Part shown: one piece after another, positions 40,467 through 52,424 of the stretch
How positions within the stretch are numbered: position 1 is the stretch's first letter
Layout of the letters: each line of letters starts with the position of its first letter
NCBI GenBank assembly: GCA_900617105.1
Contig: UYFQ01000129.1
Coordinates: 1 to 62,334, forward strand
DNA: 62,334 bases
Direction of reading: 5' to 3'
Source: Hydrurus foetidus
Lineage: Eukaryota
The notes under the pieces: model-generated
What the model was told of the DNA's origin: nothing
The model's database searches: none
What the model saw: the letters and a program-made list of their open reading frames with translations, nothing else
Position numbers and translations under genes: made by a program

Positions 40467-40595
40467 ACAGACCAAGGCTCCTCATTTATTGCAGATCCAC
40501 GTTCAGTCTGGACCCACCCCTGTAAACGGAAATTAACTGCAGGGGTGAGTCCAGATAAAACGTGGATCTGAAATAAGTGAGGAGCCTTGGTCTGT
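40467..40595. repeat. Inverted repeat: 58-bp arms, 13-nt loop, 7 mismatched positions
   Basis: ACAGACCAAGGCTCCTCA..CACCCCTGTA (40467-40524) against the reverse complement of 40538-40595. Confidence 0.9.
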
Positions 40596-41340
40596 ACTAC
40601 GTTCAAGGGACCATAGCCGATAGACAGATTGGGTATCCCCTGATTCGATACGATAGATGCCACCGCACAACAGGGAACGAGAACTATCTCTTCAAACATC
40701 CACGCCCTCTCGTTTCAAAGCAAAGAAATCCAAAAAAGTAACTATTCTTCTTGAGTCAGTCGATATGAATTAAATGAAATTAGGCAGCCATGTAATCGCT
40801 CAAAAAGGAGCTTTGTCTTGGACAGAGAGAAGAGATGAGACTAGAGAAATAGAAGAGGACTAGAAGAAATAGAAGAATACAGAGGGGTGGGAGAAGGGGG
40901 GAAAAGAGAGGAGAGAATAGGGGGTGGGAGTAGCCCTCCCAGTAATGCACGCACGCAGAAGAGAACGGGACGGAGCGGCAGAGATAGCGTAGAGAGAAGT
41001 GTGTGTGTAGTGTATATACAAGCAGGTCAGTGGAGCTGAAGGGGACAGGGTAGGATGTGCAACATTCCGTGTCCCTCGACAGACTTGATGCGCACACACA
41101 GGTCTTGACGTGACACAGCACAACACAGCACAGCATAGCTTGGGAGTGCGTAGCGTAGAGCTGGTACGTACCATCTATAGCTGAGCTGCTATCGGCTGTA
41201 CTACTCTGCGCTATACTCAATTAGCCGATCTGCTGTGCAGAAATTCGAAAAATTCCAATACAAGACAGTCTTCACAGCCCGGATAGGAAACAGAAAAAGG
41301 GGATGGGAATGATAAGAGGATCGAGAACTTTTGGGCATTA

Positions 41341-44300
41341 TCATTCCAGGTCTAAATCGTCATCATCTCCCCATGATCCTCCCCCTCCCGACCCCTCCAC
41401 GTTTCTCACTGAACTGATAGTGGTCTTCGATGCTGCTGTGTTCATCTTCTGAGCAGGTGCTGAGTGCGTGGACGGAGATCGGAACTTGGGTGCGGCTGTG
41501 ATCCCGATATCCTGCAGTGAGAGGGAGAAGTGGAGGTGGGTGAGTGGTGAATGAGAGGAGTGGTGAGGGGTGAGTGAGCGATGATAGGGGCTGCGGATTA
41601 GATTAGATGAGAACTGGTATGGATGTGGAGGAGGAAGCTAGCACCCACAGTCAAGAAAGTAGAATGAATGGCGTCCATTAAGATAACGACCGAATGACTC
41701 TCATCATTGCTAGTGATTCACACGATGCGAAAATGTACAGTAAGAATGACCGCTCTTATTTCTTTGTTAAGATAATGCCCGCTTCTTCTCGCTCTTTCTG
41801 ACGATCATTTCCACCGTCAGTCACCCTCTCCCATCTCAAGACATCTCTCATCGCCATTCAGTCAAGATCATCAACTTCGTTGCTACTCACCGCAAAGAAG
41901 TCCATATCAGAAGACCCAGGGGGCGGGGTTTTTGAAACGGCCCTGGTTCCTGTCGGAGGGGGGATTGAAGAAGTGGACCTGGCGCTGTCAGTAGACCGAT
42001 TCCTCTGTAGTGAACTACTTAAATCGGAAGGTCCTGTACTTTTCTCGGTGTCTGACTCACCGACTCTGCCCCCGTTACCATTACCACTTTTATTGTAATT
42101 ACTGCCGCTCAGTCCACCGATGCTCATGCCACCCAAACCCTTAATCGAACCCCCTGACCCAGTCCCCGATCCTACCCCCGTCCCTGTCCCTTGACTGAAA
42201 CCCCCTCCACCTCCACGCCCACTGCTCTGCGCTGGGAAACTGGAGGATGGCGCTGCTGGAGTGGAAGTGTAATTACCGTCAGAGCGAGAGAATGATCCCG
42301 CTGTGTGAACACCAGTGTTAGTAGAACTTGGACCAGATTCCGGAAGATCAGTCCAGTCTTCTTCCCAAGTCTCCTCTGCTAACCCTTGCTCTACATCCTG
42401 AATGTCCTCTCTTTGATTCAGTCTGGTGTACTCCACTTGTGCTATTGGTGCATCTCCTGCTCTGCGCTTGTTTAGGCAGTCACGTACAGACAGTACGATG
42501 AAAAATATACCGACTACTAAGACGAAGTAGATGCCTTTGTACAACGGTGACACTGTTTGGTATCCGGACGCAGCACTCTCTTCAGCATCACCCCCACTCT
42601 CGCCTGTTCCTTCACCGCCTCCTTGTGAACTGTCTGCATCGCCAATTGCGCTGCCTGTCGGTGCTTTGTTTGCTGTGGGTGGGGGCTCATCCTCGTTAGG
42701 TGTTGTAGGTTGCAATACAGAACCATCAGATGCCTTGTTTTCTTTCCCAGTCTTGTCCGCTGTTGTGCTGTCGGATGGGACAGGATCGGATGAGCTTGTA
42801 GGAGTGACAGGGGGTACTGGGGCTGGGACAGGGAGAAGGACAGGGGCCAAAACAGGGACAGAAACAGGGGCAGGTACTGATATAGGGGCCAAAACAGGGG
42901 CAGATACTGGGACTTTTCCTGGGGCTGATACGGGGGTCTCGGTATCGACAGCAGAGTCGGCCCCATCTTCTTTCTTAGGCACCTTATTGGGATCGGCAGT
43001 ATCGATTGACTCACCTTCTGCCCGTTGGGAGGGCATAGGACTAGCTGTGGTGGATGGGGCGATGGTGATAGGAGAAGCGAGGGGATCCTTGGTCGCCTTT
43101 GGCGCATCATCCTTTGACGCATCATCGGTAGGAGGAAGGACAGGAGGAAGAACAGGAGCGGATACAGGAAGAGACACAGGTGTTGAGTTATCCGGATCAT
43201 CAGCTGTGGGTGAGTCAGCACTGCCACCTCCTGCTGATTCAGCATCATCGTCAGTCACAGGGACAGTGGAGTCTCCATCAGTACTACCAGATGGGTCTGA
43301 TTTCGTCTCATCGTTCTCCTTCTCCTTCTCCTTTTCCTTCTCCTTTTGCTTTTCCTTCTTCGCCTTGTCACCAGACGTTGTTCCAGATGGTGGTGTCGTA
43401 GCGCCATCACCATCATCGTCAGTCACAGGAACAGTGGAGTCTCCATCAGTACTACCAGATGGGTCTGATTTCGTCTCATCGTTCTCCTTCTCCTTTTGCT
43501 TTTCCTTCTCCTTTTGCTTTTCCTTCTTCGCCTTGTCACCAGACGTTGTTCCAGATGGTGGTGTCGTAGCGCCATCACCATCACCGTCACCCACAGGGAC
43601 AGTGGAGTCTCCATCAGTACTACCAGATGGGTCTGATTTCGTCTCATCGTTCTCCTTCTCCTTCTCCTTTTCCTTTTCCTTTTCCTTTTGCTTTTCCTTC
43701 TTCGCCTTGTCACCAGACGTTGTTCCAGATGGTGGTGTCGTAGCGCCATCACCATCACCGTCACCCACAGGGACAGTGGAGTCTCCATCAGTACTACCAG
43801 ATGGGTCTGATTTCGTCTCATCGTTCTCCTTCTCCTTTTCCTTTTCCTTTTCCTTTTGCTTTTCCTTCTTCGCCTTGTCACCAGACGTTGTTCCAGATGG
43901 TGGTGTCGTAGCGCCATCACCATCACCGTCACCCACAGGGACAGTGGAGTCTCCATCAGTACTACCAGATGGGTCTGATTTCGTCTCATCGTTCTCCTTC
44001 TCCTTTTCCTTTTGCTTTTCCTTCTTCGCCTTGTCACCAGACGTTGTTCCAGATGGTGGTGTCGTAGCGCCATCATCACCGTCACCCACAGGGACAGTGG
44101 AGTCTCCATCAGTACTACCAGATGGGTCTGATTTCGTCTGATCGTTCTCCTTCTCCTTTTGCTTTTCCTTCTTCGCCTTGTCACCAGACGTTGTTCCAGA
44201 TGGTGGTGTCGTAGCGCCATCACCATCACCGTCACCCACAGGGACAGTGGAGTCTCCATCAGTACTACCAGATGGGTCTGATTTCGTCTCATCGTTCTCC

Positions 44301-46524
44301 TTCTCCTTCTCCTTCTCCTTTTGCTTTTCCTTCTTCGCCTTGTCACCAGACGTTGTTCCAGATGGTGGTGTCGTAGCGCCATCACCATCACCGTCACCCA
44401 CAGGGACAGTGGAGTCTCCATCAGTACTACCAGATGGGTCTGATTTCGTCTCATCGTTCTCCTTCCTCCTTCTCCTTTTCCTTCTTTTGCTTTTCCTTCT
44501 TCGCCTTGTCACCAGACGTTGTTCCAGATGGTGGTGTCGTAGCGCCATCACCATCACCGTCACCCACAGGGACAGTGGAGTCTCCATCAGTACTACCAGA
44601 TGGGTCTGATTTCGTCTCATCGTTCTCCTTCTCCTTTTCCTTTTCCTTCTCCTTTTGCTTTTCCTTCTTCGCCTTGTCACCAGACGTTGTTCCAGATGGT
44701 GGTGTCGTAGCGCCATCACCATCACCGTCACCCACAGGGACAGTGGAGTCTCCATCAGTACTACCAGATGGGTCTGATTTCGTCTCATCGTTCTCCTTCT
44801 CCTTTTGCTTTTCCTTCTCCTTTTGCTTTTCCTTCTTCGCCTTGTCACCAGACGTTGTTCCAGATGGTGGTGTCGTAGCGCCATCACCATCACCGTCACC
44901 CACAGGGACAGTGGAGTCTCCATCAGTACTACCAGATGGGTCTGATTTCGTCTCATCGTTCTCCTTCTCCTTTTCCTTTTGCTTTTCCTTCTTCGCCTTG
45001 TCACCAGACGTTGTTCCAGATGGTGGTGTCGTAGCGCCATCACCATCACCGTCACCCACAGGGACAGTGGAGTCTCCATCAGTACTACCAGATGGGTCTG
45101 ATTTCGTCTCATCGTTCTCCTTCTCCTTTTCCTTTTCCTTCTCCTTTTGCTTTTCCTTCTTCGCCTTGTCACCAGACGTTGTTCCAGATGGTGGTGTCGT
45201 AGCGCCATCACCATCACCGTCACCCACAGGGACAGTGGAGTCTCCATCAGTACTACCAGATGGGTCTGATTTCGTCTCATCGTTCTCCTTCTCCTTCTCC
45301 TTTTCCTTCTCCTTTTCCTTTTGCTTTTCCTTCTTCGCCTTGTCACCAGACGTTGTTCCAGATGGTGGTGTCGTAGCGCCATCACCATCACCGTCACCCA
45401 CAGGGACAGTGGAGTCTCCATCAGTACTACCAGATGGGTCTGATTTCGTCTCATCGTTCTCCTTCTCCTTCTCCTTTTCCTTTTGCTTTTCCTTCTTCGC
45501 CTTGTCACCAGACGTTGTTCCAGATGGTGGTGTCGTAGCGCCATCACCATCACCGTCAGTCACAGGAACAGTGGAGTCTCCATCAGTACTACCAGATGGG
45601 TCTGATTTCGTCTCATCGTTCTCCTTCTCCTTTTCCTTTTCCTTCTCCTTTTGCTTTTCCTTCTTCGCCTTGTCACCAGACGTTGTTCCAGATGGTGGTG
45701 TCGTAGCGCCATCACCATCACCGTCACCCACAGGGACAGTGGTGTCTTCTGCCTTGTCTTTGTTGTTCGGACTAGCTGGAGGTGGAGTAGGAGGAGTGTA
45801 TTCTTCGATTGGCTCCGCCCCCTTCGCAGGACTTGTTGTCTGGGTTAGAGAGGGTTTCCCTTGATCTGCGTTGTCCTTTATTGCCATATATGTCGACAGT
45901 TGCTTCGCATGTGCCATGCCTGTTACTCCAGTCAATGTAACAAGTTGCCCTGCAGCCGAAGCAGACTGTTGTTCGTGTTTCTCCGGTTTTGATTCTTTGA
46001 TGGTCAAATGGCTACTAGGTTCTTGTAGCATTGTTGACATGTCATGGGTGAGACCGCGTGGTATTACAACATTCGACTCCTGGTCTACGTTGTTTCCACC
46101 GTAAACAGCTTCCACTGAGATTCTTGTTTCTCGGAGCTTGACACCTGAACCACTTGGTGAGTCTCCCACTTTCGGAAAATGTGCGTCAATAGAAATTTCG
46201 TCAGGGAAGAGTGAGACCTCTGGAAATATTGGCATGAGAGGCAATTCCTCCAATAAATCCGCCATTTGTGGACTGCCACTCCCGAACGCCGATTCTCTCC
46301 CTTGATATGGTTTCCTGCAGAGAGCGTGACCCAATTCTCCGTCGCATTCCAGCAATTGCAGGACAGATCCGCTTACATCTTCGTGTAGAAGTGTTTTTAC
46401 GACCGACAGTGATCAAATCAAAATCAAAACCAAGATCATAAATAGAACAGCGAAAAAGTATCAGCTTCTCACCGAATAGTCCAACAAATGCTGCAGTTGC
46501 AAATAATACATCCTGCACGCGCAT
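41341..46524 (-). CDS. Type I membrane protein: signal peptide, tandem-repeat ectodomain, one TM helix, tail with sorting motifs; one frameshift near 44470
   Basis: Intron 46379-46472 gives MRVQDVLFATAAFVGLFDVSG|SVLQ; TM GIYFVLVVGIFFIVLSV; tail YTRL and WEEDW; last exon DIGITAAPK..WGDDDDLDLE* ending 41341. Confidence 0.8.
43245..45745 (-). repeat. Coding tandem array of ~15 units of 150-174 bp (TVPVGDGDGDGATTPPSGTTSGDKAKKEKQ(KE)nNDETKSDPSGSTDGDS)
   Basis: Near-identical units differing mainly in KE copy number. Confidence 0.95.
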
Positions 46525-47299
46525 GCTTGTCGTCTCTCACAAACTAGCGCGAATGGGAATGACGCTTGTCAGGGGCGCCACAACTACATCTGCGATCTCC
46601 AAAGCGATGTCCGATGTACTAAAGACAGAGACAGCGGTATTTCGGTACCTCGATCGGTCGATACCTTCGTGTCAAAATTTCGCCTTTGTGCTGCCGCTGA
46701 CCGCTGTGTGTAACGTCTCTCTACTCTCCATGCAGGGGGTATAAATAGGACCTTTCAATACCCCCTTGCTCCATGCATCTGTTTCGAGCCCACAAGTTTT
46801 GCTGAAGATATTGCTGTTATCCGTAGATCGATGAGGAAGCATTTCACAGATATGAAAATTTCTTGACGCAGAATTGGACTCCGAGGAGATCCAGGAGAAG
46901 AAGCAAGAGTTCGTAAACAAATGATCATAAATTATAGATAATGTTATTTCAGCGGCGATCAGAGATGATAGATAATTTGCCACACTAGAGAACTCTTCTC
47001 CTTGACTTTTCACTTTTAAAAATTGCTTCCATGTCTAGTAGCGTCACACATACAGATGTACATACGGTACGGTACTTCTAAACGTTCTTGCATTTTTCAA
47101 TGCAATGGAGTCAACACCACTCAGTTTGAATTCGATTCAGATGGCTGCCGTGAAACATGCATGATGAAGATAAATACGGTGTACGATGAAACAAATAAAA
47201 AAGTTGAAAGATTCCCCCAGCTTCCTCAATGTAAAATAATTCACAGCAGTGCAGCTCGAGATTAGTCTGTGTGGCAGGCATGACTAGTTGTGAGGCATA

Positions 47300-49613
47300 C
47301 TATGCGGTGTGATCGTCCACTGTGTACGTGAAGCCCTCGTATGCCCCCTCAGCGCTTCCATGATCACCATGGGTAACACTAGTCGTCCAGAAGGAGGAAG
47401 GGACTGGTCTTTCTAGCAGACGTCCCCACGGCACACCTTCGAAATACAGGTGGTCCCTCACACGCCTACAACTGACTGCATCGATCTGTCTCACCCTCTC
47501 ACCTCTGGGTGCTGGAGTGTTCCTAGAGAAGTCGTCACTGCTGGACCCTAGACCGTCAGTTCCAGACAGACGCATCTCTTCTTCCTCACACAATTCTCCT
47601 GCCTCTGCCTCTGACGTAGGCAGTGACGTACTTACAAGCGCTCCTAAACGGAGACCGGGAGGGCCACGCAGCAGAGAAGCGATCAAATCAATTTCTAAGT
47701 CAGTCATGCTATCCGGATAGGAAATAGTCGACTCCTCTTTTTTATCTGGATGTGAAGTGGCTGATTTTTCTTTTGTAATGCATGCCTTGCTGTCGGAATC
47801 TGCATGCGCTAAAATCTGAAAATATTGTCGTTACAAAATATTCTTTATTCAGTGTACAGTACAGTGCAGTGCAGTGACATCAGTGCTATAATGTTGTGCA
47901 GTGATGCAGCCGTTAAAGAGGTGTGCGACTGTCGCCAATGGATCGAGTTATCTACATCCAGCTGTACGTACTACCCCACACTCACCTTTTGAAAAATCAA
48001 ATATTCTGATCCCGCCATGAAGGGACTAGTGGCTGTGAGCATTTTAAAAATAATGCATCCGAAAGCCCAGTAGTCACTGCTCTCGGAAGCTGAGAGAAGA
48101 AGAAGACACGTACGTACTGAAGGAGATACTAGTGTGTACGTACTAAAAGAGATACTAGTACATACGCATAAGAAGGCAGAGGCATAGGTGGAGTTCTTAC
48201 GAGAAGTGAGTGATACCGTTTATTATTTCTGTTGATCACAAATATTTTTATAGTGGAGGCCTTGATGCACATTATGAATTTGATCGACAAATTTGGACCA
48301 TATAATGATACAAATATCTCAAGACCACAAGCAGAGACAATTCAAATAAGAAAGAAGAAGGTACCTTGCTGATCTCTGAGCACTTCAGGTGATACGTATT
48401 CACTACTTCCCATGAAACTGTTCACTGTGGTATCGTCCTTTCTTGATGCATCTTGACCTCTATCTTCATCTCTACCTTTATTTTTATCTTCACCAGTACT
48501 CTTAGCAGATTTGCTGGGCATCCGATCGCGCACTAGAAGGGCAGATCCGAAATCACCGACTTTAATATGACCGCTGCCGGTTAGTAGAATGTCTGCAAGT
48601 TGAAGTACAGAGATGAGGTTTCGCATTTCAAGATGTTGGGCAGAATGTCTCGCTACCGACAATATGATTAATAGTTGGAGAAGGCAGGAAACTCACTTTC
48701 GGGCTTTAAGTCTCTGTGAACCACTCCCTGTGAGTGAATGTACTCCAAAGCCTCTGCGATCTCGCAGACATAGAATAGAGTCGTGGCGGACCACCTCACA
48801 ATACGGTTGGCATTGTCCTCGACATCCGCCAATTGAAAGACTCTGTCAATGTATTGCAGCAGATTCCCTCCTTCAGCTAGCTCCATACAAATGTACAAGT
48901 GCTCCAGGTCGTGAAATGATAATACCAATCTGTAGGTCAAGTTAGTGGATATTCATTACATCAAGTGTCATGATGTAGGCGCTTAAATACCCGCTGATAA
49001 AAATTGAGTGATCTAGCTTTGTAAAATTTGTAGTGAATAATAGTGCACGATACTAATCTATCATCACAAATACTATGATACCGATTGGCAGGATAGAAAA
49101 TGTGACATTGAACAAAATATCTCAGCATTGTTTGACAAATTGGACTCGAACTGAATCACTTACATTATCAATTACTCACTTGATAATGTATGGGCTCCGA
49201 AATTCTGCGAGTAACTGGCGCTCGAGCATCACATGCTTTATCTGTGGGGAAAAAGCATTACATACTGTAATTGAGGCATTGATCTGTTAACGATCTGCAA
49301 AGAAAAGCAATTGAATAAAGCTACCTTATCCTCCTTCTTTATGTGGTGTTTTTCCATTATCTTCATGGCATAACCACAAGAAGAATCATGCTTTTGGGTG
49401 CAATGGACAACCCTAAAAGATCGATGCAATATGCATCTCATCCATGAATCGTCTGTAATGTACGGCGATGCGATGCCATTACATCTCTGACTTCAGGAAT
49501 TACCTCGAGTATGAGCCTTCCCCAAGCGTGCTACCAAAGGAGAAATCTGATCGGTGCGGAGGAAATGTCTTCAGTCCCTGGGAACCACGTTTTGGAAGTG
49601 TAGTAGACGCCAT
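47300..49613 (-). CDS. PDK1: PDK1-like AGC Ser/Thr kinase, seven exons, no PH domain evident
   Basis: DFSFGSTLGEGSYSRVV, YAMKIMEKHHIKKEDKIKHVMLER, HRDLKPE, DFGSA, NSFMGSSEYVSPEVL, SSDYWAFGCIIFKML..PF..SEYLIFQKI. Confidence 0.85.
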
Positions 49614-49825
49614 TTCTCAAATGAACCACCTGTCAATATGCACCATTGCAATGTTGCTGAAGTTTCGAAGGCCCTCTTTACTGTCGTTGAGCTTATCGGT
49701 TGCAGCACCACCTCACGAACTGAGGAGAGTCACTTCAAGCATTGCTTGCCCCGCCTGAAGTAATACGTACACATGCACATGCTTTGAAGCGAAACGAGAA
49801 GCAAGGGGGGTATATAAAAGGTAAG
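49300..49825. repeat. Direct repeat, copy 1 (526 bp): PDK1 promoter plus exons 1-2
   Basis: Identical by eye to 52425-52950. Confidence 0.97.
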
Positions 49826-50097
49826 GTCGGTCCCAGTGGAGTACAAAATACAAAATACAAAATTCCTGTTTTGTACCTCTTACTTGTATTCTTGATTGTA
49901 GTGGAGTACAAAAAACAAAAAATTAAAAAAAAAGTAAATTTCCTGTTTTGTCGAGGTACAAAACAGGCCCCTTGTGACAAAATTCTTGAGCTTTTTTGTA
50001 CCTCGATTGTACAGGTACATAATTAGAAAAATAATATTTATATTACTAACAGCTCCTCCTAATCAACATCAATTCAACATCTGAAAGTTGATTTGAG

Positions 50098-51083
50098 ATG
50101 GAGAGGTTCACTAGTATCTTTGATGATGAAGGAATCGTCGTATTTGATAAATGGGCTGCGTATAGAAGGAAACGAGATAGAAATGATGACGAGGAGGATG
50201 AGGAGGGTGAAGAAGAGCAGAAACAAGAAGTTGTTAAAGAAAAAAGACCATATGCTGCAAGGAACTATCAAGGGTATGATCCATTTCAAGCTGTGAAGTC
50301 GGAATGGTACCGAAGATATGTATCTGGAGTCGGTTGGTTCAAAAATAAAAGTCAATACGCCCAGTTCAGGCGACGATTCAGGATGCCCGACGCCAAGTTT
50401 CAAGGTCTAGTGAAACTGGCGAGAGAGCAGAAATGGTTTCCCACTTACGAACGGCGGAATGCATGTCACCAACCTGGGATTCCATTGGATTTATTCATTC
50501 TGGGTGCTTTGCGCTATCTAGGAAGAGGGTGGACTTTTGACGATATCGCCGAGGCTACAGGGGTATCTGAGGAGTCACATCGCGTTTTCTTCAATTTGTT
50601 TGTCAAAGCTTGCAGGGAGTTTCCCTATCCCATGTAGGTGAAACGATCAGAAACTGAAGAAGAAATCAGAGATCATATGTCAGAGTTTAAGGCGGCGGCA
50701 TTCGATGGATGTATTGGGTCTGCAGATGTTACTCACATTATCATGGAGAAGTGCTATGCGCGCTTAAAGAATCAGAATCTTGGGGAAAGGATTCTCATAT
50801 AACTCGTGCATATCAACTTGTTGTCAATCACCGCCGGCAGATACTTGCAACAACTGTTGGCTTCCCGGGACGATGGAACGATACTACTACAGTCCGATTT
50901 GATGACTTCATTACCGACATTCAGAGAAGTAATTATCTTGCTGACAATGTGTTCTCTCTGTATAATGAAAGGGGTATAGAGGAGAACTACAAAGGTGCCT
51001 GGATTCTTGTTGATGGAGGGTATCCATCGTGGACCTCACTGATATGCCCTTCCAAAGATTCATCTTCCGTCAAATGGCTCTAG
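50098..51083 (+). pseudogene. Harbinger-type DDE transposase with a stop at 50635, a frameshift near 50783 and no C-terminus
   Basis: FRRRFRMP, ALRYLGRG (HTH), FDGCIGSADVTHI, GFPGRWND, ILVDGGY; the final catalytic Glu segment is not found. Confidence 0.9.
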
Positions 51084-51363
51084 GTTAATGTTTTTAAGTC
51101 CTTGTCTATCATGTATTGTATTTATTCATTCTTATTTTGTATCCGTTCGATTGTAGTGGAGTACAAAATAAACATACAAAATTTTAAACTTTATTTATCG
51201 TTAAATCTATTCACATAATTATATTAACAAGTTTCAACTTATATTCTCATACTTTCGAAGCATATTTATTTTTCCTTTTTTTGTATCCTGATTTTTGTAC
51301 CTCTCGATCGTAGTGGAGTACACAATACAAAAACCAATTGTAACAATGCAAGTTATAAATCAA

Positions 51364-51410
51364 TTAAACACTATGAGTAGTTCTCTTTTTCACTAACCTC
51401 TTGCCTTCCT

Positions 51411-51444
<34 letters not shown>

Positions 51445-52210
51445 ACTGCTACTGCTACTGCTGCTACTACTGGATTTCTCTTGGTTGCTGTCCCTTTTGC
51501 TCCCGCTGCTCCCGATGCTCATTCTGCTGCTGCTGCTTCCGCTGCTGCCAATGACGGTGTTTGCTAGTGCGTTCACTGGGGCCTGAGCTGCAATCTTCTA
51601 TTTAACTTTACGGAGCTCGCTGGGGCAGAGCTTTTGAGTCCAACAGGTAGAGATGGTTTCTTACTGAAAAGGTGAATAGATGCTGATGGCACAATGGTAG
51701 GCTGATGCATTGGAATGGAGGATTGATACACTGGTTCAGGTACAGGTTCTCCATTAGATCCCAGAATGAACTCAAGTGTTTCTGCATATGAACTCAAGTG
51801 GTCGGCATATTGATGATTTCCTTGACGGAATTTTTGGTAACACCGCTCAAAATCCCAAACCCAGAACCAAATTTATCTCCGTCCCATAAGACTTTATAGC
51901 GATTATTCCTATTCAACAGTTGGTTGACTTGACCAAGCTGGTCGCCGCCATCACCATGGTATAATCTATCAAGTGACAATCAAATTGATGAGTTCTTGAG
52001 AGGTTAAAATGCTATAATCAGAGTTTAAACAACTCACATTTCCATGTCTTCTTTCTGCGTCTTCTTTCTCCGAGCAGATCCCTCAATAATTGAGACATAG
52101 GCATTTGCAGCAAGAAGATACTGCAACGCCTTCAACTGGGGAGCTTTGAGTTTCTCGAGAAGTTTCTTCACGGACTTGGATTTGGCTTGCATAACCTTGT
52201 TTTTGACCAT
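51364..52210 (-). pseudogene. Decayed second (accessory) ORF of the Harbinger-like element
   Basis: Convergent ORF fragments with a donor near 52037. The position fits the Harbinger accessory gene, but no Myb/SANT motif is recognisable. Confidence 0.5.
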
Positions 52211-52424
52211 CTTGCAGAATTGAGGTGGTGGCAAAAAAATTTGGAGGTTGAAATTTGTGTTTTGTAAAATGACATCCACTACAAACGTGAGGTTTAAAAA
52301 AGATACAAAACAGAGCTTTCGTATTTTGTCAACCACTACAACCGTAGAGGTACAAAGTACAAAAATAAAAGTTCAAAAATTTTCAAATTTTGTATTTTGT
52401 AATTTGTACTCCACTAGGAAGGGC

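Larger units (their letters stand above)
49825..52424 (+). mobile_element. Defective PIF/Harbinger-like DNA transposon with ~39-bp imperfect TIRs
   Basis: Left end GGTCGGTCCCAGTGGAGTACAAAATACAAAATACAAAATT follows TAA; right end reverse complement GCCCTTCCTAGTGGAGTACAAATTACAAAATACAAAATT. Transposase on +, second decayed ORF on -. Confidence 0.9.

Noticed and set aside
43245..45745. Regular repeat array resembling CRISPR
   Set aside because: No unique spacers, units keep one reading frame inside a spliced eukaryotic gene, and there are no cas genes.
42531..45864. Long + strand ORFs (536 and 476 aa)
   Set aside because: Antisense shadows of the repeat membrane protein.
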